Shown in pieces: positions 21,011 to 30,653 of a stretch of DNA of 64,000 nt. Position 1 is the stretch's first letter; each line of letters begins with the position of its first letter. The position numbers were made by a program, and so were the translations under genes. Source of the DNA: Spirochaetia bacterium (GTDB lineage: Bacteria; Spirochaetota; Spirochaetia; CAKZLE01); assembly GCA_963677595.1 (NCBI GenBank), contig OY782041.1, positions 64,001-128,000 of the forward strand, read 5' to 3'. The notes below the pieces were generated by a model. That model did not search any database, was not told the DNA's origin, and saw only the letters and a program-made list of their open reading frames with translations.

Positions 21011-22279
21011 CTAGAAAATACTCGAAGCTGCTTCGTCCACTTCCTGCACAAAATCTTCAGTTGAGGTGTCCCCTGATATCACGGCTTTCATACCGTCGAT
21101 AAGGGCTGTTCTGATACTGGCAATCAACCCAGGATATCCCCAGTCAAAACTTGCCGCCGGAACCGTATTGGCGAGTTCGTTCGCAAAGATGGAGAAGTAT
21201 TCCTTCCCAAAGGAATATTCAAGATTTGCATTGTCCAGCCTTGGGCTCAGGAAAAGGGAATCTTCACAGAACTGTGCATTTGCTTCCTGTCCCGTTACCC
21301 ATGCGATAAAATCAGCGGCTTCCTGCTCAACTCCGGAACCTTTGAATGCCGCGATCTGTTTCCCACCGGGTACTGATGAACGATACATTTCCTTTGGGAG
21401 ATAGGTAACACCCCACTCGAAATCCGTAATATTATCCCGGTAATTCGCAAGGATCCAGCTTCCTGAGAGATGTGCTGCGACCTGTCCGGAGCGGAACAGG
21501 TTATTCGGGTTCTCTCCGCCTAACCAGGTGGACTTAGGGATCACCCCATCATCAAACATCTTCTTGGTAAAATTGACAGCAGCGATGGATTCAGGAGAAT
21601 TGAAAGCTGGACCATACTGATCAACAAATCGTCCACCGAATTCATACAGCATGGTGGACCAGCGGTGAGTCGGGTTATCGATCACAAAGCCATAACGCAC
21701 ATCGCTGTTGGCTACGACTTTCTTCAATGCCGCATCAAACTCTTCCCAGGTCCATATGTTATCCGGTGACTGAGGAACCGAAACACCAGCCTGATCAAAA
21801 GCTGTTTTATTATAGATAAGTCCGTTTGCTGTGACATCAGTTGGTGCAGCACACATTTTCCCGTTTATCACGAAGTAATTCTGGATCGCCGGCAAAAACT
21901 GATCAAGAAAAGCATCGCCGTCAGCAACATAGTCTTTAAGATTGATCGTAGCTTCGTTGATATTACTTAAAAGACCTTCAGTCGTTCTTGCCAAAGCTGG
22001 GGGTTCTCCACCGCTTACAGACATCATGATCTTATTCAAAGCATCCTCGAATGGAACTTCGATAAGTTCAATCTTGATCCCTGGAGTTAGCCCCTCATAC
22101 TGTTCAATCAACTTTTTCATTACCTGTGTTTCTACTCCGTCAGCAAACCAGAACATCTCAAGGGTCTTAATTTCCTCTTTCTCAGCCGTTCCTCCGGCTA
22201 TAGCATTTCCTATACCCAGAACAAAAAAGATGAGGATCAATGCGGAGAAGCGTCCCAAAGTCCTAAATGAATTACCCAT
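21011..22279 (-). CDS. Carbohydrate ABC transporter substrate-binding protein
   Basis: Signal peptide with AGGTAE, PGIKIEL, LIYNKTAFDQAG, WTWEEF. Confidence 0.9.
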   Translation of the reverse strand: MGNSFRTLGRFSALILIFFVLGIGNAIAGGTAEKEEIKTLEMFWFADGVETQVMKKLIEQYEGLTPGIKIELIEVPFEDALNKIMMSVSGGEPPALARTTEGLLSNINEATINLKDYVADGDAFLDQFLPAIQNYFVINGKMCAAPTDVTANGLIYNKTAFDQAGVSVPQSPDNIWTWEEFDAALKKVVANSDVRYGFVIDNPTHRWSTMLYEFGGRFVDQYGPAFNSPESIAAVNFTKKMFDDGVIPKSTWLGGENPNNLFRSGQVAAHLSGSWILANYRDNITDFEWGVTYLPKEMYRSSVPGGKQIAAFKGSGVEQEAADFIAWVTGQEANAQFCEDSLFLSPRLDNANLEYSFGKEYFSIFANELANTVPAASFDWGYPGLIASIRTALIDGMKAVISGDTSTEDFVQEVDEAASSIF

Positions 22280-22370
22280 AACTAATACTCTCCTTTTCCT
22301 TTTTAGATTACATTCATCCATTACCGGAAAACCACCCCTTCTCAGGCACATTCCGGGAATGGATGAAATT

Positions 22371-22394
22371 TATATGCAAAACGTTTTGCATATA
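22371..22394. promoter_or_regulatory. LacI-family operator (perfect 24-bp palindrome)
   Basis: TATATGCAAAAC|GTTTTGCATATA with central CG, between the SBP and the divergent LacI gene. A weaker GCAAATGGTTTTG lies near 22410. Confidence 0.85.
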
Positions 22395-22485
22395 TTGTTT
22401 ATATCCTACGCAAATGGTTTTGTCAAGCTATTTTTTCGGTATAAACATTATTGACTGCAGCTAGAATATCAGATACGTTTTGATT

Positions 22486-23478
22486 ATGGTCAAGATTACC
22501 GATGTCGCAAAAAAAGCAAATGTCTCCCCTACTACCGTAAGTCAGGTACTGTCAGGAAACCGCCCGGTAAACAAAAAGACCAGAGCCCGGGTACTCTCGG
22601 TGATAGAGGAACTTGGCTATGTCCCCAACCCGAATGCACAAGCCTTGAAGTCCTCCCGCACTGGAATCATTGGCTTATACGCTGATGATATAACCGAACC
22701 ATTCATCATCGAAACCATAAGAGGTGTTGAATCGATCCTGGTCCCGAATCAGAATCATCTCATCTTAGCTTCGGGTGCCGAGTTCCAGAATGATATCAAT
22801 GAAGCTATTAAGTTCCTCAATAACCGTAAAGTCGATGGTATCATTCTCTGCTTTGGTATCCTGATATCAAATACGGAAAAATCTATCGACCTTCTCGGTA
22901 AGCCAGCTGTTTCCATAAACAGGGAATTCAAAGGCCTTATGCCCAGTATCATGCCTGACAACTATACGGCAGGAAAAGATATCGCAGATCACCTGTGGAA
23001 GAAGGGTGCCCGCTTTCCGGTGATAGCCAGCGGGCCGCAGGGAAGAGTCGCAAGCGATGACCGCGTCAGGGGATTCAGAGATGCTCTGGCTGAGAAAGGT
23101 TTAGTGATCCCGGATTCAAAGATTCTCCACGGCCCTTTTATCTTTGATGGCGGATACAGGATGATGGAATCATTCATAAACAACAATACGGAGATGGACA
23201 GTCTGTTCTGTGCAAATGATTATATTGCGTGCGGAGCGATCCAGGCAGCCATCGATCATGGTCTTCGTGTCCCTGAGGACATCCTGATAGTAGGATTTGA
23301 CAATCGTGAATTCTCAGCGTTTTGGCCGATACCTGTAACAACCTTGCAGCAACCGCATTATGAAATGGGAGCACATGGCGCAAGACTTCTCATTGAGTCG
23401 ATTAGCTCGGAGTCTACTGTCTCAAACGAGATAAAGATGAGTTGCAGTCTCATTGAGCGGGCAAGCACCGGCGGATGA
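22486..23478 (+). CDS. LacI-family transcriptional regulator
   Basis: KITDVAKKANVSPTTVSQVL HTH, LGYVPNPNAQAL, GLRVPEDILIVGFD. Confidence 0.95.
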   Translation: MVKITDVAKKANVSPTTVSQVLSGNRPVNKKTRARVLSVIEELGYVPNPNAQALKSSRTGIIGLYADDITEPFIIETIRGVESILVPNQNHLILASGAEFQNDINEAIKFLNNRKVDGIILCFGILISNTEKSIDLLGKPAVSINREFKGLMPSIMPDNYTAGKDIADHLWKKGARFPVIASGPQGRVASDDRVRGFRDALAEKGLVIPDSKILHGPFIFDGGYRMMESFINNNTEMDSLFCANDYIACGAIQAAIDHGLRVPEDILIVGFDNREFSAFWPIPVTTLQQPHYEMGAHGARLLIESISSESTVSNEIKMSCSLIERASTGG

Positions 23479-23550
23479 CAGATTCTCGTTTTTCATGGGA
23501 AGGTCTGAATCAATATCTTGTATATAGGATTCCCCATAACCACTGATAGT

Positions 23551-23582
23551 AAAAGGCCCGAATCTTAACGATCCGGACCTTC
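23551..23582 (-). terminator. Intrinsic terminator of the TPR gene
   Basis: Minus strand AAGGUCCGGAUC-loop-GAUUCGGGCCUU followed by U residues. Confidence 0.6.
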
Positions 23583-23606
23583 TCATTCATGAGGATTTGT
23601 TATTGC

Positions 23607-24512
23607 CTACGTCCACTCGTCAAGCAGTTCCTTCACCTCATCGATGTTGTTCTTGTCTCCCTTGGACGGGGACGGCATAGCGTTGTACTGGTCGATGAGC
23701 CAGTTGACGATGATGAGGGCCTCTTCCTGGTCTCCCATGTCCTGCAGCCGCTTATTGGTGTACTCCGGCCGGTAATCTGCACCGAGCTCGCCCTCGAAGT
23801 ACCACATCTTCTCGAACTCTGCAGATTTCTTCTTGTAGTTCTTTGCCTCCCCTTCGATCTTCCCCTTCCGGTCCCGCTGCTTCCAGTTCCGTTTCCACAA
23901 CGTCTCAGCAAGGCTCTTGTAGTAGGAGATCTTCAGGTCATCCTCGGCATAGGCGTCTATGGCCTTTCTCGCGAAGGAGACGGAGAATACCACATTTCCG
24001 AATGAGAGCGGCCAGCCGGGCAGCAGAAGATGCAGGCGACCGAAGACATACCATGCATCGGCATAATTCTTGTCATATTCGATGACCTTCAGCAGGTCCT
24101 TCTTCATCGGGTCAGCCTTGAAGAGCGAGTCCAGGATCCCCTTGGTCTCACCCCACCTGCCGACATTGGACGATTTCCAGTAGTAAGCATCAGCAGACGG
24201 CTTCAGGTCGATCGCCTTCTCAGCGAATTCCCGACCCTCGTCGAAATGCTTCAACAGGGTATTCTTATCAACGCCGTCCCGTTCCTCATCATCGGTGATG
24301 AAGAGCTTGAACCGAGAGAGCCTCCAGTAGACTTCCGCCTTCTCACTGTCATTCGCAGCCTTGCCGAGGGTATCCTCCATGAGGGCATACCCTTCGATAT
24401 ACTGTTCAGCATCATAGAGGGCATCTGCATCTGCCAGAGCCCCCGTGATCGCTGCAGAAAGTGCCGGTATGGCGAACAGGCACAGCAGTGCGATAACCAT
24501 AATACGTTTCAT
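23607..24512 (-). CDS. Secreted TPR-like helical-repeat protein
   Basis: Signal peptide; VYWRLSR, YYWKSSNVGRWG and AWYVFGRLHLLLPG helical-repeat patterns. Confidence 0.65.
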   Translation of the reverse strand: MKRIMVIALLCLFAIPALSAAITGALADADALYDAEQYIEGYALMEDTLGKAANDSEKAEVYWRLSRFKLFITDDEERDGVDKNTLLKHFDEGREFAEKAIDLKPSADAYYWKSSNVGRWGETKGILDSLFKADPMKKDLLKVIEYDKNYADAWYVFGRLHLLLPGWPLSFGNVVFSVSFARKAIDAYAEDDLKISYYKSLAETLWKRNWKQRDRKGKIEGEAKNYKKKSAEFEKMWYFEGELGADYRPEYTNKRLQDMGDQEEALIIVNWLIDQYNAMPSPSKGDKNNIDEVKELLDEWT

Positions 24513-24737
24513 GAAACCTCCCTTTTGACCATTCATCATGAATCCTCTACGGATCAGAAGTTTTTCCTACATAGTGCTACGTCTTAGTAAGATTATATCG
24601 TGGTATCAAAAACTTCCAAAGCTAATTCCTTACGAGCTTTCTGTAAGAAATTAGCTCATTATACCAGAAAATCGTGAGAATAGTATGAAAAAACACAGGA
24701 ATGGGAATTCGTGCAGAGCAGATGACGGCCTGGGACG

Positions 24738-24767
24738 CAAGAAGCCGGGGTCTCCCCCGGCTTCTTG
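24738..24767. terminator. Terminator after glyA
   Basis: CAAGAAGCCGGGG-TCTC-CCCCGGCTTCTTG. Confidence 0.7.
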
Positions 24768-24783
24768 ACTGTAGGCTCACACA

Positions 24784-26307
24784 CTATGTGGCGATGAAGA
24801 ACTCTTCCTTCAGGAATCCGAGATCGATCTCGGGATAGACAGGGTACTGATCGAGCAGTGCCTTCACTCGTGACCTTGCCTCGCTGATGACAGCGTCGTC
24901 GATCGTGTATTTTGCCTTGCTCGGCTTCCCGGCATTCTTCCCCTTGGTCAGGATCAGCGGCTCAGTTCCCTCGAGGACGAGGCGCACGATCGCTGCGATC
25001 TCCTTCATCTGCTCTACTCCCATTCCCAGGGTGGTGACAGCAGGAGTCCCGATTCGCAGGCCGCTGGTGTACCAGGGGCCGTTCGGGTCGAAGGGAAGCG
25101 CGTTCCTGTTCAGTGTCACACCGCACTCCCGGAGCACGCTCTCAGCCTGTCGGCCATTGAGGCCGAAGGATCGTACATCGAGAAGCATCAGGTGGTTGTC
25201 CGTCCCGCCGGTAGCGATCGTTATCCCCTCCTCGATGCAGGCTGCTGCGAGTGCACGTGAGTTCTCGACGATCTTCTTCGCATAGGCCTGGTACTCTTCA
25301 GTAAGGGCTTCGGTGTAGGCCACAGCCTTGGCAGCCATCATGTGGGGAAGCGGCCCGCCGAGCACCATCGGACATCCCTTGTCCAGGGCTTCTGCAAACT
25401 CCTTCGTCGAGAGGACCATACCGCCCCTCGGCCCCCGCAGGGTCTTGTGGGTGGTGGTGGTGACCACGTCCGCATAGGCTACCGGGTTGTAGACTCCGGT
25501 CATCTGCTTACCGGCTACGAGTCCGGAGAAGTGAGCCATGTCGACCATGAGGACTGCCCCGACCTTGTCAGCGATCTCCCGCATCCTGCTGAAATCGATG
25601 AGTCTCGGGTAGGCACTGTATCCCGCGAGGAGGATCAGCGGCTTGATCTCTTCAGCAAGGGCTTCGAGCTCGTCATAATCGAGCAGCCCGGTCTCCTTAC
25701 TGACGCTGTAGCTGTAGGCATCGAACATCTGGGCTGAGATGTTGTGACGGTACCCATGGGTCAGGTGCCCGCCTGAATAGTAGTCCAGGCCGAGCAGTCG
25801 CTGGTTCCCGAGTTTCTCCCGGACCACATCCCAGTCCTCACGGGAGAGGTTCGCCGGGTTCAGCTCATCGAGAGCTTCCAGGGCAGGAGTCTCGATCTTC
25901 GTCGAGAGGATCGCCCAGTAGGCTACCAGGTTGGCATCAGCCCCGCTGTGCGGCTGCACGTAGGCATGGTCTGCACCGAAGATCTCACAGGCCTTCTCGG
26001 CAGCCAGCGCCTCGATGGCATCGACATTGTCGCAGCCGGCGTAGAAGCGGTGGTAGGGGAAGCCTTCCGCATATTTGTCAGTCAGCAGGTTGCCCATCGC
26101 CGCCTGGGTCGAGAGTGAGGTATAGTTCTCACTCGCGATCAGTTTCAGGTTCGACCGCTGGTCCTCGAGCTCCTTCACGATCGATGAGGCAACCTCCGGG
26201 CTGACCTCCCTGACCTTCTCGAGACTGGTGATGTAGTTCAAACAACCAGTGTTGACCTGCTCGACGCCGACCTCTTTGATATAGCGAATTACTGCTGACT
26301 CTTTCAT
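24784..26307 (-). CDS. glyA: Serine hydroxymethyltransferase (long form with insertion)
   Basis: LIASEN, DKYAEG, QPHSGADAN, TTTTHKTLRGPRGG, GGTDNHL, SGLRIGTPA. Confidence 0.97.
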   Translation of the reverse strand: MKESAVIRYIKEVGVEQVNTGCLNYITSLEKVREVSPEVASSIVKELEDQRSNLKLIASENYTSLSTQAAMGNLLTDKYAEGFPYHRFYAGCDNVDAIEALAAEKACEIFGADHAYVQPHSGADANLVAYWAILSTKIETPALEALDELNPANLSREDWDVVREKLGNQRLLGLDYYSGGHLTHGYRHNISAQMFDAYSYSVSKETGLLDYDELEALAEEIKPLILLAGYSAYPRLIDFSRMREIADKVGAVLMVDMAHFSGLVAGKQMTGVYNPVAYADVVTTTTHKTLRGPRGGMVLSTKEFAEALDKGCPMVLGGPLPHMMAAKAVAYTEALTEEYQAYAKKIVENSRALAAACIEEGITIATGGTDNHLMLLDVRSFGLNGRQAESVLRECGVTLNRNALPFDPNGPWYTSGLRIGTPAVTTLGMGVEQMKEIAAIVRLVLEGTEPLILTKGKNAGKPSKAKYTIDDAVISEARSRVKALLDQYPVYPEIDLGFLKEEFFIAT

Positions 26308-26661
26308 GGCTTCTCCTTCTTATTTGCAACAAACTAAAACAGAAATTATGTATCTATAAATTTTCTATCTCTATATAGTACTATTTCTAATATATTCTAC
26401 GATAATTTGCAATTGTCCGCAATTAGATATGGATAAATTTCTTATTTTATATCATAGATCGCTGATTTCGTAAATCTTTTTTTAATTGTTATATACGTTT
26501 GGACACTAATAGTCTATACTTACAGCTAGTTACAGGTTGTAACCATCACTCAAGATACTTGTTAAGTATCTTGAATGCATAATTCTTTACAATAACCTTG
26601 CATAATCAGGGTATTGTGATATTATTTTATGTATAATCAAAATACCACCAAGGGGGTTCAC

Positions 26662-26838
26662 ATGAGCTTACATGAACAAATCGTTGAACAGTATGAGATC
26701 TATATTGCAGAAAGTCAGAAGTTTGAAGGGAAAGGCGTAAAGGCGTCGGCTACACGTGCAAGAAAGGCACTTGGTGAACTTGGCAAACTTGCAAAAGAAA
26801 GACGAAAAGAGATTCAGGACGCTAAGAACGAACTGTAG
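26662..26838 (+). CDS. Small histone H1-like (Hc1-family) nucleoid protein
   Basis: 58 aa; KFEGKGVKASATRARKALGELGKLAKERRKEI matches the Hc1 core G-x-KAA-x-RARK. GGGGG SD and own terminator. Confidence 0.75.
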   Translation: MSLHEQIVEQYEIYIAESQKFEGKGVKASATRARKALGELGKLAKERRKEIQDAKNEL

Positions 26839-26861
26839 ACCTCTGGTACTTTCGTGAATAG

Positions 26862-26893
26862 AAAAGGACTCAACGGTGTTGAGTCCTTTTTTT
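26862..26893. terminator. Bidirectional intrinsic terminator
   Basis: AAAAGGACTCAAC-GGT-GTTGAGTCCTTTTTTT. Confidence 0.85.
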
Positions 26894-26912
26894 ATGTGTC
26901 CGGGGTCACCCC

Positions 26913-29573
26913 CTACACATTCTGGAGCATCTGCAGGTGCGCAGCTATCTTATCGAGATGGTCGGTGAACTCCTTCAGCTTGCTCTTCTCCTTCTCGATG
27001 ACAGCCTCAGGGGCATTCGACAGGAAGTTCTCGTTGGCGAGTTTCTTCTCCACCCCGATCCGCTGCTTCTCCAGCTTCCCTGCTTCCTTCTCCAGCTTCG
27101 CGATCTCCTTCGGTATGTCGATGGCATCACGGACGAAGACGAAAGCCTCGAACCCTGCACCGGCAACCGGCACGCTGTCGGTGAGGTCGAACTCACCGGT
27201 ACCGATCGTCACCTCCGAAGCGTTGACGAACTGCCTGATCATAGCCTCCTGTCCCTTCACATAGGATGAGACCTCATCTTCACCTTCCAGCCTCACGATG
27301 ACGCGCACCCGTTTCTCCGGCGGGAGCGAGAACTCGCTGCGAAGGGTCCTGACGCTCCTGATGACATCCTGGAGCATGGCAAACCGCTTCTCTGAGAGTT
27401 CATATACCCGCTTCTCCGTGTATCGGGGGTAATCAGCGCTGATCACATAACCTTCGGTATTCGGCAGCTTCTGGTAGATCTCCTCGGTGATGAAGGAGAC
27501 GAAGGGATGCAGCAGCCGCATAGCCTCGGCAAGCACGTCGAGCAGGAGGGAGAGCGCACGGCTCTGTTCAGCGGGGTCCTCGCTGTAGAGCGACCCCTTG
27601 GATGCCTCGATGTACCAGTCGCAGTAGTCGTTCCAGAAGAACTCGTAGACAGCCTGGGAGGCATCGTTGAAGCGGTAGACCTTCATGGCCTGCTCTACCT
27701 GCTTCGCGGCCTCGTTGAGCCGGTGGTAGATCCATCCGTCAAGGTCCCTGAGCTCGATCGTATCCACGGGAAGCAGCTCCTTCCCCTCGAGGTTCATCAG
27801 CAGGAACCTGGTCGCGTTCCAGATCTTGTTGGCGAACTTCGAGCCGAACTTGAAGGAGTCCATGTCTATGAGGATGTCCTGTCCCTGCGCTGCGAGGAAG
27901 CAGAGGGTGAACTTCATAGCATCGGCCCCGTAGAGGTCGACGACCTCGAGCGGGTCGATCCCGTTCCCGAGGGATTTGGACATCTTCCTCCCCTGCCGGT
28001 CACGGACCAAGCCGGTGATGTAGATATCACGGAAAGGGACCTCACCGAGGAACTCCATCGAGGACATGATCATCCTGGCGACCCAGAAGAAGATGATGTC
28101 GTACCCCGTGACCAGGGTGCTCGTCGGGAAGAAGTCCTTGAGGTCCTCGGTCTTCTCCGGCCAGCCCAAGGTCGAGAAGGGCCACAGCCAGGAGGAGAAC
28201 CAGGTGTCAAGCACATCCTCTTCCTGCCGGATGTTCGCGGACCCGCACTTCGTGCAGCTCTCGGGGTCTTCCCTGAGGACCATCATCTCCCCGCACTCCT
28301 CGCAGTACCAGACAGGGATCCGGTGTCCCCACCACAACTGGCGGCTGATGCACCAGTCCCTGATGTTCCGCATCCAGTGCGTATAGGTATTCTCCCACTT
28401 CCTGGGGTAGAAGATGATATCTCTCTTCTCCCAGGCCTCGAGGGCCATCTTGGCCATCGATTCCATCTTCACGAACCATTGGTCGGATAGATAGGGTTCT
28501 ATGACGGTATCGCAGCGGTAGCAGTGGCCTACCTGGTGGGTATGGTTCTCATCCTTGATGAAGAGTCCGAGGGCTTCCAGGTCCTTGACGACGAGCTTGC
28601 GCGCATCCTTGGCGGGAAGGCCCTGGTACTTCTCGGGGACATTGACGTTGAGCGTCCCGTCCGGGTTGAGGATGTTGATCCGCTCCAGGCTGTGCCGGTT
28701 CCCGATCTCCCAGTCGTTGGGATCGTGTGCCGGGGTGATCTTCACCATGCCGGTACCGAACTCCATGGAGACGTAGCTGTCAGCGATGATGGGGATCTGC
28801 CGGTCGGTCAGGGGCAGGTTCAGCAGCTTGCCGACGAGCCCCTCATACCGCTCATCCTGCGGGTTCACCGCGACCGCGACGTCCCCGAGCAGGGTCTCCG
28901 GCCTGGTGGTGGCGATCTCTATATGTCCTGACCCGTCAGCGAAGGGGTACCGTATGTGGTACATCTTCCCCGGGATCTCCTTATGCTCGACCTCATCGTC
29001 AGCCAGGGCCGTGCCGCAGTTCGGGCACCAGTTGACCAGGTAGTTCCCCTTGTAGACGAGTCCCCGCTCATAGAGGGAGACGAAGACCTCCCTGACCGCT
29101 GCGGAGAGCCCCTCGTCGAGGGTGAACCGCTCCCGCTCCCAGTCGCAGGAAGCCCCGATCTTCTCCAACTGCTTGGAGATGATCTCATGGTGGTTCTTCT
29201 TCACCTTCCAGGTCTCCTCGACGAAGGCCTCGCGTCCGAGCTCGTGACGGGAGGTACCCCTGGCTTTCAGCTGCCGTTCGACGACGTTCTGGGTGGCGAT
29301 CCCTGCATGGTCGGTCCCGGGGACCCAGAGGGTCGGCCGTCCGAGCATCCGGTTGTACCGGATGAGGATATCCTGCAGGGAGTTGTTGAGCCCATGTCCC
29401 ATATGGAGGACGCCGGTAACGTTCGGCGGGGGGATCACGATGACGAAGGGGTCCTTCCCCTCTGTCCGTTCTGACCGTTCAGGCCTGAAATACCCCTGCC
29501 CCTTCCATTCTGTATAGATCCTGTCCTCGAACTCCTTCGGGTCATAGGACTTTGCCAATTCTACAGCTTTCAT
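26913..29573 (-). CDS. valS: Valine--tRNA ligase
   Basis: PPPNVTGVLHMGH, DWCISRQLWWGHRIP, KMSKS, C-terminal coiled coil. Confidence 0.98.
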   Translation of the reverse strand: MKAVELAKSYDPKEFEDRIYTEWKGQGYFRPERSERTEGKDPFVIVIPPPNVTGVLHMGHGLNNSLQDILIRYNRMLGRPTLWVPGTDHAGIATQNVVERQLKARGTSRHELGREAFVEETWKVKKNHHEIISKQLEKIGASCDWERERFTLDEGLSAAVREVFVSLYERGLVYKGNYLVNWCPNCGTALADDEVEHKEIPGKMYHIRYPFADGSGHIEIATTRPETLLGDVAVAVNPQDERYEGLVGKLLNLPLTDRQIPIIADSYVSMEFGTGMVKITPAHDPNDWEIGNRHSLERINILNPDGTLNVNVPEKYQGLPAKDARKLVVKDLEALGLFIKDENHTHQVGHCYRCDTVIEPYLSDQWFVKMESMAKMALEAWEKRDIIFYPRKWENTYTHWMRNIRDWCISRQLWWGHRIPVWYCEECGEMMVLREDPESCTKCGSANIRQEEDVLDTWFSSWLWPFSTLGWPEKTEDLKDFFPTSTLVTGYDIIFFWVARMIMSSMEFLGEVPFRDIYITGLVRDRQGRKMSKSLGNGIDPLEVVDLYGADAMKFTLCFLAAQGQDILIDMDSFKFGSKFANKIWNATRFLLMNLEGKELLPVDTIELRDLDGWIYHRLNEAAKQVEQAMKVYRFNDASQAVYEFFWNDYCDWYIEASKGSLYSEDPAEQSRALSLLLDVLAEAMRLLHPFVSFITEEIYQKLPNTEGYVISADYPRYTEKRVYELSEKRFAMLQDVIRSVRTLRSEFSLPPEKRVRVIVRLEGEDEVSSYVKGQEAMIRQFVNASEVTIGTGEFDLTDSVPVAGAGFEAFVFVRDAIDIPKEIAKLEKEAGKLEKQRIGVEKKLANENFLSNAPEAVIEKEKSKLKEFTDHLDKIAAHLQMLQNV

Positions 29574-29737
29574 GCGTTACCTCTTCCTCATCCACAGTGG
29601 ACGATCATATGTTCCGGTCATAGTATCAAAATACAGGGTGAAATACAACAAGGCGCTGCCCGCGAATAGTTTCACAATCGTACGAAAACTGCTCCGTCCT
29701 GCCTTGCACCGCCAATTTGTTAGTCGTAAAATAGGGT

Positions 29738-30604
29738 ATGAAGAAAACGAACACGCAGTATTATGCCATCGTTACCAATGCAGAGACCGGGTACGGCAGG
29801 GAGCTTGCCCTCTCCCTGGCAAAACGCGGGTATGTGGTCCTGGTCACTGCACAGGATGAGGAGACCGGCAAGGCTCTTGCCGATGATATCGGGAGGAAGG
29901 CGAAGTCCCACTCAGTCACGAGCCATCCGCTCGACCTCTCCGACCAGAAGTCCATCAGGAAGTTCGCCGCTGACTTCCGGTATAACGTGAAGCAGCTCGA
30001 CCACCTCGTGTTCAATGATTCCCTCGACTACCTGACACTGAAGAAGCAGCAGTACACCGATGACAATATCGAGCGGAACTGGGCGGCCTACCATATGGGA
30101 CCGGTGGTCCTCACCGGGCTCCTGCTGCCGCTGCTCAAGGAATCCTCTGATGCACGGGTCATCATACCGGTACCCAGAGATGCCCTGAAGAACAGGAGGG
30201 AGAAGGTGCAGCTCGAGGACCCGGAGTTCAGGGACCATCACTATCATGGGTTGCCGGCATACCACCATGCGAAGCTCGCCCAGATATTCTTCCTGCGATA
30301 CCTCGCCACCCAGCTCAAGGAATCGGGCATCGCCGTCTGCGGGATCCTCTCCCCGCAGATGAAGATCCCCCGTTCGCAGCTGAAGCGGGTCCCGATGGGG
30401 ATCCGGATGAAGAACCGATTCTCCAAAAGCCCGACCAAGACGGCACATGCCGTGCTGACGAGCCTCACCTGCAAGAGAAAGCGTCTCCATTCAGGGGAAG
30501 TACTCGTTGACGGCAAGAGGCCATTGAAGCTCTCCTCCTACCTCAGCAATGCGGAAGTTACCGAGCAGGTCATGACCCTGACGAGGAAATATATCATCTC
30601 ATAG
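29738..30604 (+). CDS. Atypical SDR-family protein (retinol-dehydrogenase-like fold, degenerate motifs)
   Basis: VTNAETGYG, LDLSDQKSIRKFA, AYHHAKLA (YxxxK). Confidence 0.75.
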   Translation: MKKTNTQYYAIVTNAETGYGRELALSLAKRGYVVLVTAQDEETGKALADDIGRKAKSHSVTSHPLDLSDQKSIRKFAADFRYNVKQLDHLVFNDSLDYLTLKKQQYTDDNIERNWAAYHMGPVVLTGLLLPLLKESSDARVIIPVPRDALKNRREKVQLEDPEFRDHHYHGLPAYHHAKLAQIFFLRYLATQLKESGIAVCGILSPQMKIPRSQLKRVPMGIRMKNRFSKSPTKTAHAVLTSLTCKRKRLHSGEVLVDGKRPLKLSSYLSNAEVTEQVMTLTRKYIIS

Positions 30605-30653
30605 AGGATCTGCTCTCTTTGACAACTCCCCCCTTCATGCTATGATGTGCCCC

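Noticed and set aside
9260-23600. Integrative element or prophage
   Set aside because: No integrase, transposase, tRNA target or flanking direct repeats recognised. Reported only as a compositional island.
26401-26445. oriC candidate: AT-rich tract with TTATCCATA and TTGTCCGCA DnaA-box-like words
   Set aside because: Only one or two imperfect boxes, and no dnaA/dnaN/gidA context.
29574-29737. T-box leader for valS
   Set aside because: Region is short and shared with a divergent promoter. No T-box consensus or terminator seen.
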